Positions 38,311-55,394 of a stretch of 64,000 bases of DNA are shown here, one piece after another. A model generated the notes under the pieces. That model was not told the origin of the DNA and ran no database searches. It saw only the letters and a program-made list of their open reading frames with translations. The number at the start of each line of letters is the position of its first letter. Within the stretch, counting starts at the first letter, position 1. Source of the DNA: the human T2T-CHM13v2.0 reference genome, Homo sapiens; NCBI RefSeq assembly GCF_009914755.1, contig NC_060928.1, one strand, 5' to 3'. The translations under genes and the position numbers were made by a program.

Positions 38311-41259
38311 CAAAATAAAGATGCCTTCCTTGCCCTGGTTGAGTTGTTGAAGGTGGATATTATTATAAAAGAAAGGAGTTAAGTTAGGAAGGTATCAGGG
38401 AAATAGTACAAAGTAAATAAGTGATACATATTTGAAGGCTAAAGAGTTTTGAAATCTATTTTCAAGCCTGAGCCAATGTTACCATGACCGAGCTTGTCAA
38501 CAACCACAAGCAAACTAGCTACCCACCTGCTGTGGTGAGGAAGCATTTGGAACTCAATGAGAGTGAGGTAGAAAGTCAGATAACACTTCAACATGAAAAC
38601 ACCTTTATATTTATTAATACCTTTTTGAGAATCCTTAGCCATTTTCTGGGCTGCCTTTCATATCGTACCTGTGAGGACAAAAGAGGGTAGGAATTATAAA
38701 CACTTTGACATGGGAAGACAGACACAGAGAGAAATCCCTTGCCAAACATCTAACAGTGAAGAAACTGGGAATAGAAACCAGGTCCCATGCCTCACCATCT
38801 GGTATTCTATCAGCTAGACCACACTGTCTCTCTAAATTGCCAACCTGGATTAATAATTGTACATATGACATAATTCTAGTTTTTGCCTTTCTGTGCTGTT
38901 GAAGATGGGACATCTCTTCCAGTGAGCATGATGGAAACTTTTCTGTGTATATATCCAAATATATAATTAACGATGTTTTTTCCTTATACACAAGCAGAAT
39001 AAAGACAACCAAACTCATCTGAGTTTGTTTCAATGCTAGAAGAAAATTAAGAAATTCATTGGTATTAGATAGGGAGCTATTAAATCAAAAATAATTTAAG
39101 GAAATGTATTTTGAGAATTAGCTAATCTAAATTATATTGGCTTCTACACATTGATGTCTTTCTTTTGTCGTCTGAGCTGCTTTATTCCAAAAGCAGAATT
39201 CTGTGCACACACAACTTCTATAGCTTCCTGTTTGCGCCAAACCATGATTACAGAAATAAGAATTCTGGGTCTTTCCATTGGCTCTTTCAGCCTGCGTGTG
39301 CCTATTTTTGAGCATGTAAAGACCAACATACGTCGTTTACAATAGGTTGGAAACTGCAGGACTTTCCTTCAGACTGAGAAGAAAATTGTCTATTTAATTC
39401 AGGGAAAATGAAGGTTTAAGATCAGGTAAAATATATTATTTTCTTTAATTACCAAGCCAGGAATCCATTTGGGATTATGAAAGAGAGGCAACCCTTGATA
39501 CGCTAGTATTTCAGCCTCTACTCTTTCAAATACCTGTGTCTGTTTAAGACCAGCTGTTACACTAAATATTGCCCTACAGCTACATTAGCTGTACTTATGC
39601 AAAGTATTTTTGATGGTAGCAATTGTAACCATGTTTATAAAAGTAAAGTCCAGCTGACAATTGGACATATTGATGAGTGACAGAGAGGCTGGGTTAATTC
39701 TTTAAAATCAATGTTCATTAATATTATAGTCTTTTCTTTACACCTTTGTGTAGTATTTGAATTATCCACCACGATAAAGAGAAAAACGGTAGACCACAAA
39801 TTCTTCGCTTGATAGGAACGAAGGGTTGAAGCAGTGTGGGAAGGTTGAGAAGGGATTTCCTAAATCACGAATCACTGAAGGAACATCTAAGGCCAGCAAG
39901 TGCCTTAGATGGAAGGTGGGGAATGCAGGGGAGACCACTTCCTAGCAGGGACTAGGGACACCCCACAGAGCTGATCCCTAGAAGGTAGCAGGTTGCTGCC
40001 TATCTTGTTTACTGCTGCCTTGGTTCCTAAACATGCTTTGCATCACCCACCAATTCTTCTTTTTTAAAGGACAAGATAAAGTTTTTATACTTCACTAGTG
40101 AATTTGAGCTAGACAGAAGACATAAAACACCAGGGAGAACAATTTCAGCCCCTGAATTAATTCACTGAAATGTAAAATGGGGATATAGGGTTGGCAGAGA
40201 TCCAAATAGAAAAGAAATCTGAAAAGATAAAATGTGTGTGTATATATATATATTTGTGCACATCTAATCTCACTTAAGAATGTAAAGCTATATAAGTGAG
40301 GCTATAGAAAGAGAAAGGGGAGAGAAGGACATGTATGGTTGGTAGGAAAGATAACTATGCAAACTTTAAGTCCTAGATATTTAGGATTAAGGATTGGGGA
40401 GCGGGGGAAGTAAGTTATAAAATAAAAAGATGAACATGATAAAATATATGTAAAATCTTAGTGAATATACTGAACAGGAAGAGAAATACTGCATTTGTGA
40501 CAGAAGATAATAGTGTTCCAGAGAATAGAGCATATTATTCAAGGGCTGTATATTTAGGCCATTGATAAAAGTCATCATCCAAGATCTTTAAAATAAAGCA
40601 GAGAAGTATCTTGCTGGATCATTGAAAATGCTGATAGTTATAAATGGATTTTCTTAAGTCATTGCTGCTTTGAGCCAAAACAAGACAGGTAACAGAAGAA
40701 GGTGAGGGAAAATACTGGAAAAGGACTCTGGAGGAAACCCTCATAATTTCACTTCCACCCTGGCTCTACCCTCTACAACCAGCAGAGCCTGTCCATTGAC
40801 GGTGAATAAAGGCCCGAAAGCTTAAGCTGGCCCTCTGCCTCCTTCCCTGAGGTCCTGCTCTGCCTCCCTTGCTGCACTCGTCTTCCCTGTTTCTCAACTC
40901 CCTGCTCTGCCGCCAGCTTGACCTACACACTGCCCTCCTCTGGGAAGTAGCCTCCACTCCCACTCCCTCACCTTGTCTCAGGCCTTCCTCCTCAGTGGGA
41001 GGAGGTTCTCCTGCCTTGCCCTTAAGCTCTGCTTACCTTCAGGTGTCTAACATTACTACAGAGTAGGAATCCTACAACTCGCATCCTCCATACATGACCC
41101 AAAGGCTAAATAGCCAACTGGTCTGTGACTGTCATGCCATAAAAATGCTTTATCAAATTTGAAACACAAATGAGAAGCTTGGGTTTTAGTTATATTCTCA
41201 GGGACGTGGAAATTGCACTCTTTGTGGCTAGTTTACAGTCGTTAGCAAGCTACGCATTT

Positions 41260-41880
41260 CCACTGGATTATTCAAACCCTTTTAGTGATTGGCTGGTATT
41301 ATTTTTATTTTTTATGACAATAAAGAACATGTAATGTGCAGATATCTAGTTCCAAGATGCAAACTCTTCAACTACTTTTATGTTTAAAACTTTTTCCCCA
41401 TATCCTGAGGTCAATTCAATATTTAGTAGTAGTTTCTTCCAATTTTTATAGATTTTTTTTGAACATTGAACACTGACAATCCAGCTCAGATTGTATCTAT
41501 TATCTATGCACCTATGCATCTTTGTATCTATGCATGTATGTATGTATATTTATCTATCTATCCATCTACCTACCTACCCATTTAAATTATTGGCTCTTAT
41601 AACAGAATAAGTCCTCTTGTCCCAATATTTAATTCATCTTTTTCATTATTTTGGATAGTTCCTCACTGTTTATTTTTTCAGATGTATTTTTCAGTAAGTT
41701 TTCCAAAGTTACAAAATAAATTCCATTGGGAATTTTTGGGGACTGCATTTTGAAGATACAAATTGATTTGGGAAGAATTGTATCATTACAATATTTAATC
41801 TTCCTAATAGGATAATCTAAGTTTTATGTCTGTGAAATGTGAAGACAATTTCCTTTCTGATATTATTATTTTTGGAAAAA
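41260..41880 (-). mobile_element. Old L1M fragments with an embedded (TATC/TATG)n repeat
   Basis: ccattgggaatttttggggactgcatt...aattgatttgggaagaattg...tacaatatttaatcttcct. Confidence 0.55.
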
Positions 41881-44800
41881 TGGCTGAGACTGAATATTAA
41901 ATATTCTAGTATTGCTCATCTGGCTTACGGATGAACAGCATCTTTAGCTTCTCCTTCATCTCTCAGCTGCTTGCTCTTGGTGGAACTTGCTTTTGAGCAC
42001 CTTCATTGAGGCGAACAGGGACCCAGTGGGGAACCAGCTTAATAGTTCCAGAGACAAGCTTAGTCATGACACATCAGGATATGAAGAGAACTTCCCTGTG
42101 ACTGGCTGGGGGTCTGCCTTGCTGAGAGGTCACTAATTATGCCTATCCTCTCCTGCAGATTTTCCTACCCTTTTGTGAAGGCCTCTTCTCCATCTCCTCC
42201 ACTCTGCCAGGTACATTAGCCTCAGTGTATGTTTGAGTTGAATTAAGAAACTGAAAGGAAGCTTGTCTCTGGGACTTCATGGTTGGCTTTTCCACTGTTA
42301 ATGAAAATACCACACTAGGGAAAGGGAATAAAAAATAAACTTAAGGTATAGTTTTGAGGGAAAGTGTATTCTTTTAATAACTTTTTAAGTAGCTCGTTGC
42401 TACTTCTTGTTATCTCCATCAAAACTAACTGATTCACCTCTTTTTTTTTTTTTGGCTAGGAATTAATTTCTTTTTAAATAAACACACTCTCGACCAGGCA
42501 CTTTTTCCTCACTATGAACACTGAATACTTTTTTTCTTTTTGATGAAAATAATTTCACTTCAAGGAGACAGATGGGAAGATACAAGCTCAACTATGAACA
42601 TCTTGCAGGCCTGGTGGTTAAAGAGGTTGATAGGTCTGTGTGTTTCATTTTATCCTCCCACAGTCTCACCAATTGTTGGCAGTGCATGTGATGCCACCAG
42701 GCCCTGGTGTCAGCCCATGATGGCTATAGGAAAGACACAGCTTTTAAAATGCAAGTCTGAGTTTCTGAGATCCAGCAGATGCATGAGCGGGGGCAGTGGG
42801 TTACATAGTTCCTGCCTGTAATGCCTGGCTCTTGCATTCTCTGCAATCTCCCCTTATGCTAGTTAACCCCAAATTCTCCTTGAAGAAATGCTTGGGAATT
42901 TTATTTTAAGCAATATTACTGATATGAGTACTTTCCCTCCAATAGTTGCACTTAAAATATCCATTTAAGCATGATCCGTATGTCTGTTTTAAATGTTTAT
43001 ACCTGTAGTATTTACAATAGGAAATTGACATAATATTTTTATACAGCTTCAAAATATTCTGTTTCAAAATGAAAAACAAGGTAATATGAAAATCCTCCAG
43101 TTTTAACCTATTGTGTCAAGATAGCAGGAGAAAGGAGACAGAGTGAGATGTTGAGATTCTCCTTAAGCCTGTCTGGGATTAGTTTTCTTAGGGGACTCTC
43201 AAAGTCAAAGTCAGGTCACCTGAGTGCCAGGTCTGCTCAGCACAGACCAATGGCAGGCGTGTGTTCAGTAAATAGAGACAGCACAGTCCAGAGGCAAGCT
43301 CTTTGGAGCAGTCTTCAATTATATGTTGTTTATTGTTTAACCAAACTGCTTGCTATTCCAAAAGTGTTGGCCCTGTCTCTTTAGCTGCCTCGTGTTCAAT
43401 TGCATTTTCACCACCTTCCTCAGCCACTGCGTGTTTTAGATCTATTTTTTATGTCAGGATAGCTTTTTCTCCTTGCTATTGCTTCAGAAAAATGCTGTGG
43501 GAAAAAAATGCTTCATAAGATTTTATCTTTCCCTCTTATTTATTTATTTTTTATTTTTGTTTGGCCGCTGGGTAACTCCTGTATACTCCTTTCAGACGCA
43601 ACATGAGATTAGATTTTTTAGAAATTACACTGCCTGTCATGTCTGTATTAGAGCAATCTGTCATCTTCACATTGGAAACCCTGGATGCTGTCTCTAGCCC
43701 CTGTTTCTTTAGGACCTACATATAGTATTTTGGAACGTATAGTAATAGGGGTTGCAGGAACAATGTCAATAGCCTGTTATTCTTCATATGCTGTTCTAAA
43801 TTATAGATATTACCAGACATCCCAGTGTGGCATTAGGAGATGATTCTACGGTTAACACAGGAGAACATTCACAGAAATACCAGGCAAAAGCAAATGAAAA
43901 GACTAAAATATATTGCTTCTATTACTTTTAAAAGCTGACTTGGATAGCAGCAGCAACTTGGTCATAGGTAGTAATACATTAGGCTCTATCTAATATTTCT
44001 TCTTTCCATTTTATAAATAAGTAAGTAAATATATGGCATACTTATCCTCCACTTCTCCTTCCCCCTCCAGGTTGGTCAGTGCTCAGCTTGGCAACTACCA
44101 AAATAAAGGTCTGTAATTCTTTCAGACATTTGCTAAAGGTAGGAGCCCAGTGGTAGCTTTAGAATAATATCTATTATTAAAGCACATCCATTTTGCAAAG
44201 AGGATCCATGCCAGGAAGCACTCCAAAGGACCCAGTCACATTTTATCTTAAGGAGGTTGGTATTTAAAATGTCAAAATGAAATAGTTCACACAGCTGAAG
44301 GAAAGCAGTGAAAAGGCAGGCAAATGAAGCAGTGTAACTTGAACTTCCAGAGTAGCTAACCCAAGGGTCTTACTTGCACACAGAAGCTGTGTGCTATTCA
44401 CGAAGCAAGTTTTTCTGCAGTGATATGGATTGTGGAATAAGTGATTATGGCTGGGATCCTGTACACATCAAGTTGCAAAACACAAGCTTTATCTTTCCAT
44501 TCATTCATATTTCTTGCAGACAAGTTATTTATAGCTGCAAAGAGTGGGACTCCATCATTAAATACGGATGCATGTTGTAGTCATTTGTGTGTTTCTGAGC
44601 ACACGACTAGCATTTATTCCATGTTAAATACACTAAACGCTTAGCCAGAGCACAGTGAAGGTTATAAACATCTTACTCACGTGTCCATATATTTTTAAAT
44701 CCAGAAATGTTATTTAAAATGAGCATATGTATTTAAAATTCTCTCATTACATGATTGGTTATAAATTCACAGACAATTGCATATAAAAGTTTTTCTAAAA

Positions 44801-47800
44801 TACTATGTGGTAATGACATGAATCTATGGAAACAAATGAATACAGTCACATTGTCTTTAAAATCTGATGTTTTAAACAGTATGAGGAAAACATGAAAGTG
44901 CAAACCACACATGCTCTGGCAATCTAGAAAAATATTTTCCTCTTCACAAAGTCTATTTCTCTTACTCTTAATTCACAATTTAATCTTTTCTTTTTGTTAT
45001 ATATTGGATGTGAATTTTCAGTGGTTTGAAATATTTGAGCATTTCTGTCCCTCGCACCACAGAGATGTAAGCATACAAATTTCTCAGATTGTAATAAAAC
45101 CTATTTGAAAACTGCATTTTGTGTATACCATTTTTTCATATTTGGTAGCACAATAATTACAAAGTCAGGACTGTATCTTTTATTTCTTATATTTTGGTGC
45201 AGTTTTAGAAACTATGAATTTCAGATATTTTACTTCCATTATGAAATTTGAAAATTAACAATATCATTTGACATTTGTCATATTCCAACTGTAACTTGAG
45301 CAGTTGTGTGCATAGATGTTCACAGAAGTATAATTTTTTTCAGATTTGCATAGCTAATGTATTGATTACACCATTTTCCACATCATGGAAGCAGTCAATC
45401 TTTTTTTATATCCATCCATCTCATCAACCTTAATTGGTATTTACTTGGTGCTTACTGTATTGCATATATGGTACTGTGGTAATTGCATGTGAAGATTTAA
45501 CTTTAAGTGAACAATTTGGTTCAGTAATATTGTGCTCACACACACACAAATACACATCAGTGTAAGGGAATCTATATGTGATTGAAACTAAATGTCTGTG
45601 CAAGCAGTGTGGGTCTGGCCTATTTGTCCAGCAGTCTCTGGATGTGCTGGAGCTTCTGCATTCATGAGTGAATATGCAGCAATGATATTTGGCGAGCACA
45701 GATGCATTTCTACCAGCTGCACTGCACTTTGGCATCTACCCAACAGCACCAGAAGGATATAGAGATCATTTGGCTGCTTTATTTATTTTCAGAGGTCATG
45801 TGTCAGTTGCATATATGTTTTATTAAATTAAAAAAATTTATTAACTACTACCTCCCCAACTCCAAAGCATCAAATAATTTTTTCTTATTTTAAAGCAAAA
45901 GTAATTTGGATATTATTGATAATTGATAATTTCACAATGTTAGTATTAACTATCAATCCATTATTGATGTTTCACAGAAGGTATGCTACTTCTGCATGGA
46001 AATTTCACTGAATATTTTTATTTATTCTCTCAAATACTCCATCTGTTTGCATGAACGACATTCCTATCAAATCACTGGAGTTGTTTCCAGAATTTGGGAG
46101 GCAGAATATCACAACATGTAGAAGAACAACGAAGAAACTGAAAAATAATTACCACATTGAAAAACTTCTCTCGCGCTGTCCCCATCCCTGTTTATATACA
46201 ACAATGAATAAAAACCCAAGTCATGTTTAGATAAGTATAGTTATTAGCTACCTAGCTGTTAAACAGGCACAATTTCTTTGAGACTTCAGTTAACAGTTGT
46301 CATTTGGTTGATAATTTGCATTCCTGATTCATAAGCCCAGCCCAGTCTTTAAATCTTCACATTTTGAGGGCACGTATGTGAGGAGGTGGCATATTTAACC
46401 TCTTAGTTCAAGTTAAATGTCGTGGGGAATGTGAAATCAGAAAAAAAGAAAAAACTCACATCAGTAAACATGGAGCCTTAGTTGGAATCAGGGAAGAGAG
46501 GGATACTAGAGGGGGCTGAGGCATGATGTGCAAAAACGAGAAAGCAAGTTATGTACAGATTGTTTGACTGTAATATGAAGGTCCTATTGCTTTTTAAATT
46601 AATGTTCCATAGTAGAGCTATGTTACAGCCAAAAATGTATACATAACACACCTCCCTGGGGCTTAAGAATGCTTGTGATTTACTTTCTTAAGAAGGAGGA
46701 AATTCCAGTTTTACTCGTTTATAGGTGTGCTGCATTTTTGTTCTGTTCAAGTAAGCCAAGAAGTACAGATTAACTAATGTAAAAAATGGCCTCCTTCTAC
46801 AGAATGAAAATAATTTTTGTATTGGAAATTTAAACCTTATTTTATGATTCTTCCATGAAACCAAGGCAATGAAAATTGCTAAAATTAGTGTATGATCTCA
46901 ATGGAGTAAATTAACCATTGCTTTAAGGTTAAAATAGTGAGTGAAGGATTGTACTTGAAAGCACAAAACAATACATTTGTGTACCAAAGGATTGCTTCTG
47001 CAGGAGAAGCCACAAAAGCAAGCCTCAAGAATTGGTTCAACCTCAGCAAATAGTGTCAGTTGGTATTATGCCCATGAAGGAGACAATATGATACGGCAAA
47101 AGGCATTTCTACCACCTCTAAAACTCCTGTTATACAAGTCACTGTTTATCTGTTCTGAACTCTTTGGGAATAAGAGGAGGGGGAACAGGCATTATGCTTT
47201 TTGCTTGTTGGCCCATTTGTTGTACCATTCCTGAGTTACAGATTTCAAATCTATAAACCCATTGGAAGTCTTTCCCCAGCAATATAGATGATGTCAAAGG
47301 AACCACTTACAGTAAGAGAGTTAAACAGTGGCTTGCATAAAATCCTGGTGGTCCACCTGTCTTTCTATGTTACCTGGGAAAAAGATTCAGTGAAAGTCTG
47401 CAAACCCTCACAGCCCACATGGCCCAATCACACCAGGCTTGAGGAACCCTGGTCTCAGGCCCTCCTACACCTCAGATGCCATCCCTGCCACCTGACTTCA
47501 CAGAGCTTTGCAAAGCCAACTCCAAGTTGTTAGTAAAACACGGTAATGATGGCCCATTCCTGTGTTGTTATTTAAATTAGCTTGGCAGAGAGGAAATATA
47601 AGAATGGTTTCTTGAAGGTCAAGCTATTTCTGTCTATAGAGAAGTAGTATGCTCAGAGCCAGAATAAGGAATAGGTCGGCAGAGCTAGCACCAGGGGCAC
47701 TGAAATGTCTGTGAGGCCACTCTAGCTGAGTGAAAATGCTGGGAGCTGTAGCAAATCGCATTTTCCAGAGCTCCTCTCAGGGAGGAATTGCAGATGATTG

Positions 47801-48844
47801 GAAGACACCATATGATAAGCTGCTCCCTTACCCTTGTAGCCCCAGCTAAGCAGGGTGCCTGAAACAAAGTAGGTGCTAAATAATATTCATTAACCAGAAA
47901 TGATGGGAAATGTGACCTCCAGAGGCATGTTCAAGTAAGAAATGATCACTTGATGGTCTCTAAAATGCTTTCAAAGAAACATTTATTTTCTTCTAAAGTG
48001 CCCTCTAGAGAACGTTTGTTCCTTGAGTGGTGAACGTACCCTGAATTGCTCTGCAGTTTGAAAGAGAGTCTGATATCTGAACCAACACTTTTTTGCTCTT
48101 GCTTCTCTCAGTGCTCAGCCTGTCTGTTAATATATGTTCCATGTTCAAAGACTATCAGTTGGAAGCAGTGCCAAATTATTAGCATGCCCTGTGTGCCCAT
48201 ATGTCTCAGTTTGGCCCTGAAAGGGATGCTATAGCTTTGGACTTGCTTGAAGATATATATTTTTTGGATTTCTAGCACCAGTTCTGTTAATCCGTTCATC
48301 TTGGTGTCCAGACAAGAAGCACTGTTCAGATTCATGACTCAATGCCTTGTCAGTGAAGAACCCCTGCCCCCATCATCCCCCAAAATGCTGCAGAGGGTAT
48401 AACTGCCTGCACTGCTTCCAGTGAAATAATCAATGGGAATTGTTTATGTAAGGCAGCTTGGAGAAAATGTTTCATTGAATTTTATTAGCAATAAATTTGA
48501 AATTAAAAATATCTGAGAATGAATTTATTTCTGGACATAAGACCTTTTTAACTTCAAAAGAATAAAATCATTGAAAAGTGTACATATTTAGACACACTAC
48601 AGATATTTGCACAATTGCATTTAAATGCTTTTAAAATAATTGGTACCTTATAAAACATACAATTTATTAGAACAAATCATGCTACACACAAGGAAACTGA
48701 GAGATCACTCAGTGGTGATCTACATAACCCTCTTTCCTCCATCCTTATTGAAAACATTTGGCCACCAAGACTTTATATGAAGTATACCATCACCATGTGT
48801 AGCAGACTACAGTAACTTTCTCTACAATAATTAAGAGACAGGAT

Positions 48845-50998
<2,154 letters not shown>

Positions 50999-51200
50999 TT
51001 ACAGAGATAAGATTTTAAAAAGATAAAAATAAAGAAACAAAAACCCCTCATAAACTTCCTACTTTAAAGAACATGGTTTTGTGGTTTGAAATGCTTTACA
51101 TAATGAGATTCCTGAATGAAGTATGATCTATTTTACAATCAGAAATCATGATATATGTTAACAATATCCCCAAAGACTGAAATATAGCATAGCTATAATA

Positions 51201-51403
51201 TTTTCTCTTTTTTGAGACAGAGTCTTGTTTTTTCACCCAGGCTGGAGTACAGTGGCACAATCATGGCTCACTGCAGCCTCAACTGCTCAGGCTCAAGTGA
51301 TCCTCCTACCTCAGCCTCCCAAGCAGCTGGAACTATAGGCATACATTACCACACCCAGCTAATTTTTTTATTTTTAGTAGAGGTGGGGTTTCACCATGTT
51401 GCC
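51201..51403 (-). mobile_element. AluJ-type SINE, 5'-truncated
   Basis: gctcactgcagcctcaac...ggctcaagtgatcctcctacctcagcc (J-type diagnostic segments). Confidence 0.9.
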
Positions 51404-52884
51404 TATTGGTATAATACCTATAAAAATGTCTTGGTGGTGAAATTCAGCCTATAGTACTTCTTACTTAATTGCCAGAATTTCCAAACATTTATAAAAGGGG
51501 ATTTGCTAAATCCTTCATTGAAATGCTAGAGTGTTTAATTTCCCTGACTTTTGTTTCTGGATTATCACTCTTTAAAACCTCTGACAAGTCACAAAGAAGA
51601 ATGGGAAACAAACTTCTTTCAGCCTATTGCTGAAAGAAGTGAAACTAGATAAAGATGAATTTTAAAACAGTCAAATAAATAAGCAGACAGACAAAACCCT
51701 GAATATATTTCTTTAGTTACATACCATGTTTGCAAATTGGGAATACTGATACATTTTTGTTAACTTTTGATGTTATTCTCTAGAGTACTCATATTGCAAA
51801 GATATAGTTTTTAGTCTGAAAAGACTTAAAGAGACATGATTTGAATGTTGAATGCATAAAAATTGTTTCTGTTGATGTATTATTAAACTGAGAACAATAA
51901 AAAATTTAAGAGGAATCTGTCATTTTCTGTTTTCCCTTTGAGATTCAAGGGAGATACTTATTGCATTATCATTTTGGATCAAAACATGTTGCAATAAATA
52001 AGCTTATTGATATTTAGCAATGCAGGAAGATGATATCCAATCTTTTCTCCTGCCATTCTACTCTTAACCCCATAAGTAAGGTTAGTTTCAGGTAAATGCT
52101 TCTGCCAGAAAACTGTCTGTTTGTAGTCTCTGAATTTACCCCTCAGTTACTCAGTTCTTTGTAGTTATCAATAGCAAATTAAAAAACTGGGTCATTATCA
52201 GCTCTTAGATAGGTGAAAGCAGGTGGGACTGAGACAATGGCTCCACATTTAGTCTTTTGTGTTTGTTTGCTTTGTTACAGGTACCTGTGTGCCTCTTCTT
52301 TCCAGAAGTAGTTTCTTGTTCCTTGGCTCCTGATGGCCATTTCCCTGGCACTGAATACTCCATGGTTCTATTCTGTCCACTCTTGAATTTCACCTAGTTG
52401 TTGTCTGTGAGAATTTGCAAATATCTGATTATAGACATTATATGTGTATGTGGATTCATAATTTTAATATTAAAAAAACAAAATAACAAAAAAAGAGATA
52501 AAAATCACATCCACAACTTACAGTAATCACTGTTAACATTTTGGAACATATATTTTCAATACATTTTCTATGCATAGATGTAAATGTAAGGCATTAGATA
52601 GGCTAACTTTGTCACAAAATATGTGTCTATTTTTTCTTCATTTTTAATGTTCTTATAATATTTCATCCTACAAATCTACCACATTTCTAAACAATGTATA
52701 TTTTTGACACTTAGATTGTTTTAAATTTCATGTTATAATAAATAGTTTTGCTTTATTGAGTAGTACACCCATAATATTTCCCTAAGGATGATAGAGGGTT
52801 TTTCTAAGGATAAACCCTATAAAGTAGAATTAAAAAAATGGAACCTGGAATGCTTGATCTTGTTATTTCCATGCTTCGGATCTG

Positions 52885-53425
52885 TGCTACTCAGGGTATG
52901 ATAACTACTATAAAATATAAAAGATAACCTGAAACTCACAGAGCTTTAATACCACAAAGATTTATTTTTTGCTCATGCAGAGTCTCATGAGGAGGTTCCT
53001 GGTCAGTGGCTCTCCTTGGTGGCTCTCTTCCAAGCAGGAAACTCAGAATCCTGACTCGTTTCACTGTATGTTTCCATCATCAAGGAGTCAATGGGGACTG
53101 TCCTAATATGACTCAGGATGTTTTATGGCTGTGCCTGAAACAGAGAGCATCACTTCAGCTCACACCAAGTTGCCCATGACTTATAATCATAACTCTATCT
53201 ATCATCTGTCTATCATCTATCTATCTATCTATCCATCTATCTATCTATCTAATCTATGTCTCATGACTCAATGTATCTATCTGCTGTGTTTGTGAGTGTG
53301 TGTGTTTGTGTATGTTTGGAGTGGTAATGATAGCAAATAAAGTGTTTTGTTTTTTTTTTTTTTTTTTTTTGTCCAGGAGGAAAATGAAATGTTTTGGTGA
53401 ACACATAGAATTGTTTCTGTCCTAG
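52885..53425 (-). mobile_element. Old MaLR LTR (MLT1J/K/L-like) with embedded (TCTA)n, (TG)n and poly-T
   Basis: caaagatttattttttgctcatgcagagtc...gcatcacttcagctcaca...ccaggaggaaaatgaaatgttttggtgaacac. Confidence 0.55.
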
Positions 53426-54221
53426 GAACATTTTTCTTAAGTAGTATGCTCATGTAACCTGAGGGAGTATCAGTTCATGCCTGTTGTCCTGGTATGATTG
53501 CTCATAACACCTCTCTCACTCTCAAAATGTCTTGGTTGAGGAGGAGGCAGAGCAAGATGGCTGAATAGAACCCTCCAGCAATTGTACCCACCTCTCCCCA
53601 AAAGGAACACCAAGTTGAACAACTATCCACATAAGAAAGCACATTCATAAAAAACAAAATCAGGTGAGCAATCATGATACCTGACTTGAATATCATATCA
53701 AGGAAAGGGGCACTGAAGAAGGTAGGAAAGACAGTCTTGTATCACCGACATCACCACTTTTGTATCACTGGCAGCAGCCACGTGGTGTGGAGAGAATCTG
53801 TGTGCTTCAGAGGAGAGCACAGTGATTATGAGACTTTGCATTGAATTTAGCGCTGCCTTGTTACAGCAGAAAGCAATACAGGGCAGAATTTGGCTGGTGC
53901 CCACAAAGGGAATATTTAGAGCAACCCTAGCCAGAGGGGAATAACCCATCCCAGCAGTTAGAATGTGAGTTATGGCTAGCCCCACCACCACAGGCTAAAG
54001 CTGCTGGGGTCCTAAATAAACTTGAAAGGCAGTCTAGGCAACAATGACTGCAATTCCTGGGCAAATCTTGGTGCTACGCTGGGTTTGGAGCCAATGGACT
54101 TAAGGTGCACACAACCTAGTGGGACTCCAGCTGGGGTGGCCAAGGGAGTGCTTGTTTCACCCCTCCCTTAACCCCAGACAATTCAGCTTACAGCTCTGAG
54201 AGGGACCCCTTCTTTCCACTG

Positions 54222-54283
54222 TAGAGAGGAGAGGAGAGGAGAGGAGAGGAGAGGAGAGGAGAGGGGAGGGGAGGGGAGGGGAG
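54222..54283. repeat. (GAGAG)n/(GAGGG)n purine tract
   Basis: Seen directly within the L1 5' UTR. Confidence 0.9.
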
Positions 54284-55058
54284 CAAAGCAAAGATAACTT
54301 TGTCTTGCAGCTTGGATACCAGCTCAGCCAAAGTAGGATGGGGCACAAGACAGAGTCTTGAGACTCCCATTTCAGGCCCTATCTCTGAGATGATATTTCT
54401 AGACACACCCTGGCCCAGAAGGGAACCTGCTGCCTTGAAGGGGAGGACCCAGTCCTGGAAGGAGTCATTACCTGCTTACCAAAGAGCCCTTGGGCCTGGA
54501 ATAAACATCAGCAGTTGCCAAGCAGTACTCACTATGAGCCCTGGATGAGACCCAGTGCAGTGTGGGCTTCAGGTGTGACCCAGCACACTCCCAGCTGTGG
54601 TGGCCATGGGGCAGGGCCCAGCGTGGGGGGTAGGGGGCAGATTTCTTCTGCTTGAGGAAAACATAGGGAATCATAAAGGGGATTTTGTCTTGCAGCTTGG
54701 GTACCAGCTCAGCCACAGTGAGGTAGAGCACAAAGAGGGCTCCTGAGGCCTCCAATTCCAGGCTTTGGCTCCTGATCAGCATTTTTGTACCCACCTTAAG
54801 CCAGAGGGAATCCATTATCCTGAAAGGAGATTCTTAGGTCTGGCAGCATTCATCACAAGCTGACTGAAGAGCCCTTAGGCTACTGTGTGCAGTAGCCAGG
54901 CAGTGCTCACCACCGGCCTGGGGTGGTGCTGGCCACAGGGAAAGGGGTTTCTTCTGCTTGAGAAAAGATGAGAAAAGAGTGGGAAGTACTTTGTCTTGAT
55001 GTGTGGATGCCAGCTCAACCAGAGTAGAATAGAGCACGAGGTAGATCCCTAAGGTTTC

Positions 55059-55394
55059 TGATATTGTTTGGCTCCATGTCCCCACCCAAATCTCATCTTG
55101 AATTGTAATCCCCACATATCGAGGAAGGGACCCGGTGGGAGGTGATTGGATCATGGGGGCAGTTTCCCCCATGCCATTCTCATGATAGTGAGTGAGTTCT
55201 CACAAGAGCTCATGATGTTAAAGTGTGGCACTTCCTCACACTCTGTCTTCCTCCTGCCACCATGTAAGATGTGCCTTCCTTCCCCTTGTTTCCTAAGGTC
55301 TCTCCAGGTATTCAGAACTGTGAGTCAATTAAATCTCGTTTGTTTATAAGTTACCCAGTCTCAGGTGGTAACAGTGTGAAAATGGACTAATACG
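55059..55394 (+). mobile_element. MSTA-like MaLR solo LTR nested in the L1MA 5' UTR
   Basis: tgatattgtttggctc...ggactaatacg; TSD gtttc vs gttcc (4/5). Confidence 0.88.

Noticed and set aside
41945-42215. Possible spliced exons (polypyrimidine-AG near 41967 and 42158; CAG|GTACAT near 42210)
   Set aside because: Splice-like signals occur by chance at this density; there is no coding signal or transcript evidence, so they are not reported as features.
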